Of a DNA stretch of 64,000 nt, positions 51,799 to 63,542 are shown in pieces (positions within the stretch are counted from its first letter, which is position 1; every line of letters starts with the position of its first letter). Below the pieces are notes generated by a model. That model was given only the letters and a program-made list of their open reading frames with translations. It did not search any database and was not told the DNA's origin. A program made the translations under genes and the position numbers. Source of the DNA: Phaeosaccion multiseriatum (lineage: Eukaryota; Protista; Ochrophyta, other classes); NCBI GenBank assembly GCA_965112735.1, contig OZ218952.1, positions 558,001 to 622,000 of the forward strand, read 5' to 3'.

Positions 51799-53497
51799 AT
51801 GGCTGATGCGGGGGGCGATGATGAACTCTTCAAAACCCAGCTGGCCTTGTACAAAGAGACAGCGCCCTTCGGTCTTACAATTGGCGGTGAGGCCATCCGT
51901 CTACTGATGAAGCAAAGCGACTTCACTGGGGAGACTACGGCGGGCTACGAGTACAAGGCCAACTGGCTGGGAAAGGGGCTGGGAAAGGAGCTCCAGCCGT
52001 TCAATGTCTTGGTGGCGTATGTGGAGATTCTCCCTTCTACCAAAGAGCATCCCATCAAGGTACCCTTCAAGTGGGCAAAATTCAACGACGGTGTGGCTCC
52101 AGACCTCAGTGCTTTTCAGTACTACTTGGTCACACAGCTGGATCAGTGGACCAATGTCTATGCGCGAAGGACTGGGCTGCTGGCGATCCTTTCATGGATG
52201 GACAAGCCCTCGGCGAAGATGGAATTTCCCAAGGATGGTATGTTTCGGCCCAAGAATCCGACTACCGACGGGGACTGGGGAGCGAAACTACTCATCCCCG
52301 ATGATCATCCAGACTTTGTGGAAGAGGAAGAGAACACGGACGAGACGTTTTGGGATCAAGCGCATCCCGAAATTTGCGACAAGCTGCTGCCACAGGGGTG
52401 GCTTCTGAGGGAAGACATCATATCAAGCGAAGAACCTTTTGATGTGAGCGGGATTTCTCGTGACGACGTCATCGGCGAGCTGGCAGACCGACTCGCTCTG
52501 GCGAGTGGACAGGGCACGGGTGTCGACGGTTCTCCGATTGAGCTTCTTCGCGTCTTTTTTCAGGCTTCTTTACCACACCCGCCCACCAAATATGGCCGTA
52601 TTACTGCCGACCCGCATAAGGACTTTGGCCTTGTCGTCAAGGGGAATACTTTCCACTTCTTCGACCCCTGGAAAGGCTGGTAAGTGTAGCCCTGGCGCCC
52701 GCCCTGCAACCTCCCATCTGTCTACTTTGTCTTGAGAAATAGGGCCATCGCTCATCAGCCACCTTTTCGCCTGTAAGGAGCCGCCCTTTTGCCAGACTGA
52801 CACCTATCCACGGGTTAACCATGGGGGTAGGTGTGAGTCTGGCAAGAGGGCGGCTTCTCGTAACCGTGGTTGCGAGCCCCCTCTCGGTGTCGCCCTCGTC
52901 CTTCTGCGTCTTTCTTGCTTGCACAACGATGGGAGTGGAATGTTCTTACGCCCCTGCTGCTGTATCACCACTGCTGCCGCCGCCGCTGCTGCTGCTGCTG
53001 CTGCCTGTGTTGTTGCTTTGTCATAGGGCCACGTTCAGTTCGAGAGTCAGCTCCCTACGTTCGCAGCTCAAAACGTGTTTGGTGGACGTGGCCATCGCAC
53101 TGCAAAGCGTGCAATCTGGGAGAGGTCACAACGGCGCCACCTTTTCTTTCAGCGAGTGGAAGGTGCGGGTGTACGCAGGTGAGATGAGAGAGGGGCTGAT
53201 CGGTATGCTCTGCGGCTCTTTTATCTCTCTCCCTCTCTCTCCCTCTCTCCCTCTCTCTCTATCTCCCTCTTTGCGTATCGGGGGGCGTGGAGGGGCGGGC
53301 TTGGAACCGTAGCTGCCAGCAGCCAACTTGAAACAGACTCAGTTAATTTTTTTCTCACATTCTCGGCCTTTTTGTAAACTTGGTTGACAAGCTTCCCCTG
53401 ACCCATAGCGATGCCTTCGTTTGCTCCCCTCCTCTCTCTCTACGATCTCTGCTATCTATCTATGTCTCCTCTCTCTCCCTCTCTCCTCCCTCCCTCT

Positions 53498-53530
<33 letters not shown>

Positions 53531-56500
53531 GTCGTCTCGTCGCCCCCCCACCGGCCACCAGGCACACCCATCAGCTTGTTCGGGCATGTGACCAGCATCG
53601 AGCAGATTCAGGCCGCAATCAATCGCTACGGGCACTGTCTGGAGGAGAAGAAAGGAGGTCCCCGTGAGGCCATGCTTGACATCCTGGCTCCCAGGGCCTA
53701 TGCTTATTTGGAGGACGATATGAAGCTCGCTCTATCTATGGCCCTTGGGGACATCAAAGCACAGAACGACAAGGGGCTTAGAGCGAGAGAAGTGACCTTG
53801 CTCCTTTTTTATCACGAGCAGACGGGCATCAACAAGCTAGCACTTGAAATTTGGCAAGACGAAGAAGCGGGTGCCCATAAGAAAAAGGGAATAGAAAGGA
53901 AGGTGGTGACGAGGGTGTGGGATGCCCTCAGAGGCACGCTGCTACTGTGGGGGGAGTTGTTGAACGAGGGGTGTGACGTGCAAAAGACGAAGCTTAGGGG
54001 GTATGCTCTAACGTATGGGACTCCGAATAAGCTTGGCGCAAAATCCGTCTTCGACGAGATAATTGCCTCATTGCCCCCCGTGCCCGGCCGGGGGCGGAGC
54101 GAGGCCACGGGCAGAAGGGGGGCATTGCAACCGGCACAGCTGCAGCCGTTGAGTTTACAGGCACAGCCCGATGTTTCCGCGAATGTGTCTCGCGCTCTTC
54201 CATTCACATCTTTCATGCAAGTGCGGAGTTCCGTGGGGGGGGTGCCGCTGACCATGAGGAAGCCGCTGAGGCGGCAGGCGACGAGGAGGCGGCTTCTGCT
54301 TCCGGCTCCGCAAATGGAGGCGCTTCGCAGCAGCAGCTTGACTCGGAGGCCGAAGAGACCACGTCGAAGGAGCCTACTGCGGCCGCCGACGACGAGCCCC
54401 CCCCCCTCACCGCCACGGAGCTGCACATCCTCAAATCCATCTACGCCAATGCCCACGTAGCCCCTCCCATCCGGAAGGAGGCAATGGAGTTCGGTGTCAG
54501 CATGAAGGCTGCCAACGCCATGGAAGCCAAGGGCATTCGCACGGCAAGCAAGCTCAGCGATGACGACGTCAAGGCCTTGTCTGAGGTGCGTTGCTGAGTG
54601 AGTGAGGGAGGGAGGGGGGGGAAGAGAGGGAGGGGGGGAGGGGGTGAGTGAGGAAGGAAGGGGGGGAGGGAGGTAAGTGATTGAGCGGGGGAGGGGGTGA
54701 GTGAGTGAGGGAGGGGGTGAGTGAGTGAGGGAGGGAGGGGGTGAGGTACGTGATTGAGGGAGTGAGTGAGTGAGTGAGTGAGTGAGGTAGCTTTCTCGTG
54801 TGGAGGGGTTGTGCGGAGGTTTGAGGGGGGGGCGGCTCGGAGTCTTTCGTATATGTGACTTCGATTCTTCTCTGCGGAACTCCTGTGCTCCCTCCCTCAC
54901 TCACTCACTCACTCACGCAGTTACTCACTCGCACCATCAATCAGTCCTCTCTCATTCCTTTCATTCACTCACCCACTCACTCATTCACTCATTTACTCAC
55001 TCATTTTCTCACCCATTTACTCACTCACCTGTATCCACTCATCCAACCACCCACTCACTCATTCACTCACACACACACTCACTCATTTACTCACTCATTC
55101 ACTCACTCACCTGTATACACTTTCACTCACCCACCCACCCACTCACTCTCTCTCTCTCACCTCCTCACTCACTCACTCACCCGCTCAGTCTTTCACTCCC
55201 ACAATCCCTCACTCCCGCACTCATCACTCTGTGCTTCACTTCCCTCACGCATTCACTCACTCCTCACTCACTGTGGTCTCAACCGATAGCCCACCCTCCT
55301 GACTCAGTAGTATCTTCTTCTCTTTCTCGTTCGCTCACCAGGCCCACGGTGGCACGGCGGGCACTCGCGTGATGGCCAACAAAATTCGGTCGATGAAGAG
55401 CAACACCACCCGCAGAGAGGAAGAAGAGTACGCGCGTAAGAGAGGGAGGAGGAGAAGGCGGAGGCGGACAGCTTGGAGGAGATCGCCCGCAAGAAGAAGC
55501 GAGACAAAGATGCGGCGGACTTGGCTCGCAACAACGCGCTCATTGAGGAGGAGCGGGGACGAGTGCGCGAGTCCCTGCAAGCTGTGGACGATGCTCTCGC
55601 GCAAGTGAAAGGCGAAGTCACGGAGGAGGTCGAAGCCGCTAGGCAAGCGACGAAAGCTGCCCTCGAGGATGCCAAAGCTCAGGTGAGTGAGTGAGCAGGT
55701 AGGGTAGTGCTGTGGACGGGGGCGTCAGCCGTCTAACGAGTCTGAGAAGGGAAGGGGAGAGGAAGCGGGTGTAGCATGCATTTTGAGGGAGCTGGCTCTG
55801 GCTTTGCTGCCCATATGTGCTCAGGACCCTTCGATGCGTGTCCCACTGAACGTGTTGGATGGCAACCAGCTGTGTATTCCAAAGACAAAAGCAATGTCTG
55901 GGCCTCAGGGACAGAGTCGGTGTGCCGCGGTATCTCTGACCGGTGCGTGGCTGTGGCTCCTGCGCGCGTGTACTGATTCCCCGGCCCACTCGCTACTCCC
56001 CCCCCCCCCCCCACCCTTGTTCAGGTACAGCCGGAGGCGGATTGGGCAGGCAAAACAGCTACCTCCGAATCCCTAATTGCGGCTGCTCAGGCACAGGGCG
56101 GTGACGTTTTCGGGGGGGTGACAAACCCCAGCAGTCACTCCTACGCCACTGATGAGATGCTCGTGGCGGCTTGCTCTGGTGGGGCCGCCATGTTCGGTGA
56201 GTGGGGCAGGCGGTTGCTGTTGATTCGTTCTGGCTGCCGCCATTTGCTCTCTTGCCCCCTCATGTCTACCTTCATGATACATGACACACATAACGCGCTG
56301 CTTAGCGTATTGCAGCCGGGGAGGGGTGTCATGCTTGTTGTCATCCGTGTTCTTCGCTCTCTCTCTCTCTTCTTTCCTTCTCTGTCCCTTTGTCTCGTCC
56401 CTGCGCTTCCCTTGGCTGTCCTCGTTCACGGCGTGCCTACATGCAACCCGGCATACATATATATATATATATATATATCTGGCCGCTGAAGCGTACCCCC

Positions 56501-59500
56501 CGTATGCTTACTGGTGAGCGCACTCACCACACGCTACTGCGTTGCTCTCCTCTCCCCACGCCTCTGCCTCCGTGGTGCCGCCCTCAAGGCATGAACTACT
56601 TCCCCAACGGCCAGGAGCTATCGCGTGTGCCTCTTGCGCCAGTGCTCAAGGCCCCAGATCATGTCAACCTGTGAGTAAAAGGCCGGTAAAGCCAGTGACC
56701 AGGCATGCCCATATGCCTGTGGTTCTGTTTGCCCATCCGTATGCCTGCTGAAGCATTCCCTCATTGTGACTCTTCCTCGCTTGTGGTTTGGCGGCGACGA
56801 GTCTTGCGTTTCCCCATCCATCTCTTAGAGAGAAGGTGTGAAGGAAAGGGGGGGGAGAGAGAGAGATGGAGAGAGAGGGAGAGGGAGGGAGGGAGAGAGG
56901 GGGGGGGGGGGGGGAGGGAGACAGAGAGAGTCTCACCTATACTCCACACTATTGCTGACGACGATGCTTCCCCCTCTGACTGGCCCCTTCTCTTGACCAA
57001 CACCGCGGGCACACGGACTGCAGGAAGAGCCCCAACATCCCCTTCGAAGCTCGCGTCTTGAAGACCACTTCCCAGGACATCGCCTCCTCGTTCCACAACA
57101 CGACCAAGTCCAGCGGAGTGTCCGCAGCTGAGTCCAGCACCAAGTCCTGGGGAGCAAGCGCCAGTGTCTCCGGTTGGGGTTCGAAAGTTAGTTCTTCGCA
57201 TTCGAGTACCAGCACCAACAGCACGTCGAGAGCTGAACAGCGGCAAGCCGCACGGAAGACCGCGCATGAATCCAAGACTAACACCGCAACGGTGATCGAA
57301 TACATCAGTTGAGTGAGGAGTGTTGCTTGCTTGTGGGGTTTGAAGAAAGTTGAAGGTGTCTCTGGTGTGAACTCGCTCTCTATCCTGAGGGGCAAGAGTG
57401 GTACTCCCCCCCCCACCCTCCCCCTTGTCAGTCAGCGTATATTCCTGACTCGTCCCCTTCTCTCTTTCTCTGTGCCCACCTTCTCTGCAATCCTCCTGCC
57501 GTATCACCAACTGCTCTACTTGCTGTGTGCTTTGAATTTGAAGTCTGCCCTATGAAGTCCTTCCGCATTCCTTTCGACGAGATGCGAGTGACCGATGAAG
57601 CGCTAGAGGCGGCAGCGAAAGTCGATTCGTTAGTCCAGGGATACCACTTTATTGACACCTTTGGGTCGCACTTAAGGTAAGCATGTTGGTTGTACACGAG
57701 CGTACGGTGAAACAAGCAAGTGTAAAGAGTTTGTGTGAGTGTTCTGTGGGTGGTCTGGAGCCTTCACATCCCACCCAAGGGCATTTTAATCTTGCTTCTT
57801 AGACTCTTAGTTGCTCCGGAGCCTCTGTCACGTCAATGTTGTCCACATCCCCAACACGATTTCCGCCCTACCCCTTTCCACCCTGTCGACCCCAACCACC
57901 ACCCCCACCTGCAGCGACGCTACTCAGATGATGGGCGGGGCATTCTTCCACACAACAACGATGACCACCCATAGCGAGGTGAGGGAGAACAAGAGAGAGA
58001 GAGCTCGGAGAGAGAGCAAGAGAGAGAGAGAGGGAGAAGGAGAGAGCCAGAGAAAGAGAAAGAGGGAAGAAAAAGCCTTCGTAGCAAGTATCTGCCCGTC
58101 CCCTGCCTGCATCTGACACGTACTCTCGCCCACTGCCTGGTCAACCAACCGTCCAACCATCCGTCCGTCCCGCCAGGTCGACTCCTCCGAGCTGATGAAG
58201 GCCGCTGCTGAGCAGTCCTCTGCAAGCAAGGCCAAGGCACAGAAAACGGAGGCATCGGTCTCAGGAGGGGGCTGGGGCATTACTGCTTCCGTTTCGGCGA
58301 GCTTTGGCAGTGCTTCTAGCTCTGGGACCAAGAAGATGAACAGCACTGCCGATGCGATCGGGAATGATGAGAGGAATTCAGAAGCCGTGTACACGACCTA
58401 CGTCCGAGTGAGTATTATCTGTCTCTCCCTTCTCTCTCTTGCCCTCTCTTGCTCCTCTCTCTTGCTCTGTCTCTCTCTTGCTCCCTCCCTCTTGCTCTGT
58501 CTCTCTCTCTCTCCCTCTCCTGCTCCCTCCCTTCCTCCCCTCTTGCTCTCTCTCCGTCTCGATCTTTCTCTCTCTCCCTCCCCCCCTGCCTTGCTCTCTC
58601 CCCGCCATAGTCTGCCGTTCTTGTAGAAGGGCGGGTGTGGGTCGTCCGACGTCCTTGCTGGCTTGTTCCCGATTCTCACCGCGCCCATCCTTGCATGCTC
58701 TGCCCCTCTGTCTACACCTCTTGCTTGTTGCCCGCTCTCTGCTCTGGGCGCTCCTTTCAGTCCCTCGGGCCCAACGCACCAACGGCGACGACGTTCGCAC
58801 AGTCTCTCTTCTCCGACAATTCGACTTGGGCTATCATCGACAGAGGCCCGTTGTCTGCGCTCGTGACAATCGACGACATTCTTCGCAAAGGTAGGTGAAG
58901 GGCCTTTTGCGTCCTCGCTCTCTCTCTCCCTACGTGTATGAGAAAGAGAGAGAGAAGCCTAGAGAGAGAGTAGAAACAGAGAGAAGAGAGAGAGAGCAAG
59001 AGAGAGAGAGCGAGGTATCTAGATTCCTGTATCTACATTCCTGTACGATGATACGCTCTTTGTCGACGACCCCCTTCCCCGTCTTTTGTGTTCTCACTCC
59101 TTCCTCCCTTCGTACCGCCCCGGAACCTTGTCCTCTTGAATCTCCCTTTCTTTACCCACAGACCTCCAAGAGCACAACATCCCCGAGCAGTCTATTCGGT
59201 GGATCCAGGCAGCCCGCGAGTCCAGAGCGAGAGCGTGGATGTCCCTGATCCATGAGTTCGATCTCGTGCCCCTCGCCCTGCGAGAGGTGATCAGCAGCAA
59301 CGCACCGCAGCGAAGTAATCAGCACGGCCTACTCAAGCTGGTACTCCAGCTCATCACGCTGGGGCCCCTTGCAACTCCAGATCGGGTCGACGATGTGGCG
59401 GAGAGGTCTCATCTCGCCCACGCGGTGGTGGATGCTCTTACGCAAGCCGCGGAAGCGCAGCAGGAACTTCCTTCTTCCGATGCTGAGGGTCCGGACTTTC

Positions 59501-60801
59501 TTGATGACGTCAGTGCCCGGCTTGCTGACTTGAGTGGCGAGGTGGGGGGCCTTGTGGAGCTGGCCGATGACAAAAATCTCATCGGGCTGATCAGGGGAAT
59601 GCGCACAACATCTGAGGGCTGGAGCCGATTTGAGGCGGATTTGAATCTGCGCGGTCCGACACTCGTCCTCAACGTCCTCGAGCCTCTGGCAATGGAGCTG
59701 CAACTTCAATCGCAGCTTGCCAACCTCCAGCTGTTTTACGACTCTATGGACATGAAGAGCTGGGACGCCAAGTATGCTGCAGGTTGGGAGCAGCTGACGG
59801 AGGACGATTATCTTTCCGGCAAGAAAATGGAGGGTGTGACGTTCAGTGCCACAGGGATTGTAACCCATCTACGCTTCGGGCCCGTCAGCGGATCACCGGC
59901 AGAACGCGCTCCCCGTCTGACAGCAGCGCTGCCCAGGTTCAAAACCGGACACTTCTCTGCTCTCACGAGCTTGGTCTTGAGTCAGCTCGGCATGGGGGGG
60001 ACTCTGGAGGAGAGCGGCATCTTTTCTGTGCTGACGCAACTCACCGAACTGGACCTGAGCTCGAACAAGCTCACGGGGGGCGTACCAAGCCCCAAGAACC
60101 TGCCACGACTCAAGATTCTCAACCTTTCCGAGAACCTGCTCGATCTTGGCATTCACCCTGATGTGTGGAAGCACAAGCTTCTGGAGGACGTGAATCTTAG
60201 CCGAAACCATCTCGGGGGGGAAGTCATGCAGGGCATCAGTATGCCGAGTGTGGTCCGTATCGATCTCAGCTTTAATTTCAGGGGGTGGACGTGGGATGCG
60301 AGCTACACACCTCCAACCTTCGACCAGCTCGAAAATCTCGACGGGGAACCCTATGGGGAGGCCAAGGGGTACCCACGCCATCCAGTAGCTGGTCACTACT
60401 ACAGGAACAACGGCACTTTCAGGGGGAAGTTCTCGGACAACTGGGCTTTGCACCATGACCCCTTCGGCCGATGCGCCCGGCTACTGACCATTGACCTACA
60501 ATACTGCGGCTGGTGCGACTTGTTCGTGACGCGAAACTTTCATACGACTACCGGCAGCAAGATTTCCAAAGGTGTACACAGCGTCGTGGGTCCTCGGCGG
60601 TACCACCTCAAAGGCGTGCAGGACTACAAGATAAGAAGGATGCAGGGGACGCAAAAGACGCCTGCTAGGCACGTGTTGGTGAGGACAGATCTCGATTGGA
60701 GACTTGGTCCAGACAGCCCGGGCGAAGAGCATCTGAGCGTTGCAGGTACAGACGTACCGGATTGGGCAAAGAAGTTGGATCGTTATGGTTCAAGCGCTTA
60801 G
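51799..60801 (+). CDS. MACPF-like (GVIN1/VLIG N-terminus-type) pore-forming domain fused to C-terminal LRRs; 12 exons, ~1,711 aa, two apparent 1-nt frameshifts
   Basis: Exons 51799-52679, 53027-53178, 53562-54585, 55342-55682, 56025-56196, 56589-56670, 57024-57307, 57544-57676, 57915-57978, 58177-58407, 58761-58890, 59162-60801. Total 5134 nt, plus 2 missing nt gives 1712 codons. Motifs: ACSGGAAMFG, FIDTFGSHL..MGGAFF, two Ser/Gly-rich TMH-like segments, NSTWAIIDRG..LVTIDDIL. LRRs: LTQLTELDLSSNKLTG, LPRLKILNLSENLL, LEDVNLSRNHLGG. Confidence 0.78.
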
Positions 60802-61059
60802 GAGCAGCGTTGAAGTGCTGCCGGGGGGGGGCGGGGGCGGGGCTATTGTCGTTGGTCTTTGAAGTTCGGATGGGTGGGGACGAAGCAATGGGCATACGGG
60901 ATGGCAGTGCACGGCGTTTAGTAGTGAAGACGAAGGAGTTGCGCCTGCGCTGGGAGACTCCTCGCCACCAGTTTGGGGGTGTGAGTTTGCTTGGTCACTT
61001 AGTAGCATTGGGAGGAGCGATGGGTGTCGGGGTTAGTGTGTAGTAGGTAATTGGGGTCG

Positions 61060-61760
61060 GTGGGGACGAAGCAGTGGGCATCACGGGATGGCAGTGCGAC
61101 GAATTAAGGAGCTGCGCCCACGTTTGGAGCCTTCTCAACACCGTCTCGGGGTGTAGTAGTTGTAGCATCGGAGTAGGGTGAGTTTAGCTTGTGGGGGGGG
61201 GGGGGGCTTTAGGCACACTCTCGGATGATGGGGAGGAGCAGTGGGCATGGCAGTGCACGGTGGTTAGTGGGGACGGATTAAGGAGCTGCGCCCACGTTTG
61301 GAGCCTTCTCAACACCGTCTCGGGGTGCAGTAGTTGTAGCATCGGAGTAGGGTGAGTTTAGCTTGTGGGGGGGGGGGCGTTAGGCACTCTCGGATGGTGG
61401 GGAGAAGCAGTGGGCATCAGGGGATGGCAGTGCACGGTGGTTAGTGGGGACGAATTAAGGAGCTGCGCCCACGTTTGGAGCCTTCTCAACACCGCCTCGG
61501 GGTGCAGTAGTTGTAGCATCGGAGTAGGGTGAGTTTAGCTTGTGGGGGGGGGGCGTTAGGCACTCTCGGATGGTGGGGAGAAGCAGTGGGCATCAGGGGA
61601 TGGCAGTGCACGGTGGTTAGTGGGGACGAATTAAGGAGCTGCGCCCACGTTTGGAGCCTTCTCAACACCGCCCCGGGGTGTAGTAGTTGTAGCATCGGAG
61701 TAGGGTGAGTTTAGTGTGTGGGGGGTAAGGGAATTTCGGATGGTGGGGGGAAGCAGTGGC
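61060..61760. repeat. Tandem satellite, ~176-bp unit, about 4 copies, with a degenerate copy upstream from ~60870
   Basis: attaaggagctgcgcccacgtttggagccttctcaacacc recurs at ~61102, 61276, 61453 and 61629. Confidence 0.93.
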
Positions 61761-62430
61761 TCACGCCACGACTCCTTTCCTCGAATTGTAGTATTAACCT
61801 TTAAGAGAGGAGAGAAGTGCTTTTTTTGGAGAAAGGCTGGCTGATAAAATGTGCCCTTCCTCTGGCCCTACTACCTCGGCCTCTACCGCCTACCGCGACC
61901 CCAGCCCCCTCCACCCCTCTCCAGCAGCCGCCGCTCCTTGCTTGTTGTCCGTCATCGCGCCACTCTCCATTGTTGACTTGGCTGCGGGCGGCATGGACCG
62001 AGCGAGGCAGTGTGTGCTTGGGTCCTCCTCGAAGCCTCTCTCTCAACTCCGTGCGGAACCGGAAACAAGCGCTCTTGTCTCAGGCTGGCTTTCTTGCCTT
62101 ATTTCCCTCCCTGGTGTAAATTAATGAGAAGACGCGCTTCTCTCTCTTTTCTAGACTGATAAACTAATACTATTGTATCTACTGCAAACGCGCGCCTCAC
62201 AGTTTTCTAACACTGACCGAGCCGACCTGTCGGGGCCCAGCCACATGTTAGCCTCCGAGCCAAGGGCAGTGACGACCCTTCCCGGAACAGCTCTCAGTAG
62301 CCACCTAGTGGCCTACCGGTCACTCCAAGTTGTCTAAGATGTGCGTAAAGAGCTGATCAAGTGGATATGTATTTAATTGACGTTGCTAAGGTCCAATACC
62401 ACTCCCTTGCTTATGTCCTTACACTGTCCT

Positions 62431-62631
62431 TACTCTTGCCTCAATGTCCTGTATGCCCTTGCCTTTATCCCTTTTGCCTCCTACACGGCCTTGTCACTTC
62501 CCTTTGCCCCCTACACGGCCTCATCACTCCCCTTGCTTTGCCCTCCTACACGGCCTCGTCACTGAACGATAACCACCCGCCCACTGTCCTGAATTAGATC
62601 GATACCAATTGTCGATGTCCTGCCCATACAC
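62431..62631 (+). repeat. Dispersed direct repeat, copy 2 (pairs with 41320-41497)
   Basis: Same sequence as copy 1 with one extra internal cctacacggcct..tcact subunit. Confidence 0.9.
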
Positions 62632-62914
62632 TTACATATGCCGCCCCTCTGAAGACCCTGCTCACTCCGTTGAGCACCCTGACCCATTCGCTAACTACGC
62701 CCTGACCCCTCTGTTATTCACCTTCTCCAACAAAACCCAAAACTCCTTCTGTTGGGAGTCTACCCCATACTTGACCCTTTCCAAGACCACTCGCATTGCA
62801 CCACCGTCCTCCGCGAAGAAAACCTGTTCCACCTTGTCCTGTTGCCCCCCATTCAACTACCTGCTGTGTTGTCCCCTTTCCGCCCCTCGTTCTCTGGTGT
62901 GTCCTTTGCTCTTC

Positions 62915-63064
62915 CTCGTTCTCTGTTGTTTCCTCTTTTCCGCCCTCGGTCTCTGCTGTGTCCTCTTCTCCGCCCTCGGTCTCGGCTGTGTCCTCTTCTC
63001 CGCCCCCGGTCTCTGCTGTGTCCTCTTCTCCGCCCTCGGTCTCTGCTGTGTCCTCTTCTCCGCC
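62915..63064. repeat. 30-bp minisatellite, about 5 copies
   Basis: cgccctcggtctctgctgtgtcctcttctc repeated at 62941, 62971, 63001 and 63031, plus a degenerate first unit. Confidence 0.9.
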
Positions 63065-63542
63065 GGGCGGGAGCCCCGTGAAGGTCCTTGCAGTGCACTC
63101 AAAGGAGACCGTGACGGACAGCTAGTCCCCAACGTATCCACTCACCCTCCGTCTCCTCGCTGCACAGTGTAGCGGTGCCACTGCCGGGGGAGTAGCAAGC
63201 GCGCGTGGGGAGCAGCAGGAAGGTCACAGGCGGGGGGGGGGGGGCGACTGCTCGAGAGTCACAGCCCCAGGCACTGCCGAGGCGTAGAGAAGAGTCTTCC
63301 GTGAAAGGTTCCGTCAGGGGGTGGGGCGTGGGAGAGGGAGCCTTCTCGGCAGGCGGTGGGCGGCGGGCAGCGAGCCTGATGGTCTTGGGGGGGAGTTGCA
63401 CATCGAATGCCCACAATCGCTGCCTTGACTGCTGGCAGCAGCAGCAGCAGCAGTAGCAGCAGCGGCGCGTTTCTTGGGCTTGTGTGTCGGCGCCTTGCTC
63501 CTGGGCCTTTTGCTTTGGTAGCATTGCTTCTGCCCCTCCTCC

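Noticed and set aside
51799-52683. Independent single-exon 294-aa gene
   Set aside because: Its TAA lies within a perfect TG|GTAAGT donor that joins in phase to the 53027 exon, so it is treated as exon 1 of the MACPF-LRR gene. This still needs transcript confirmation.
41320-62631. Direct repeats as LTRs of a retrotransposon
   Set aside because: No gag/pol, PBS or PPT, and no clear TG..CA ends or TSD identified.
61060-63064. Tandem repeats as a possible CRISPR-like array
   Set aside because: The units are contiguous with no unique spacers, there are no cas genes, and the context is eukaryotic.
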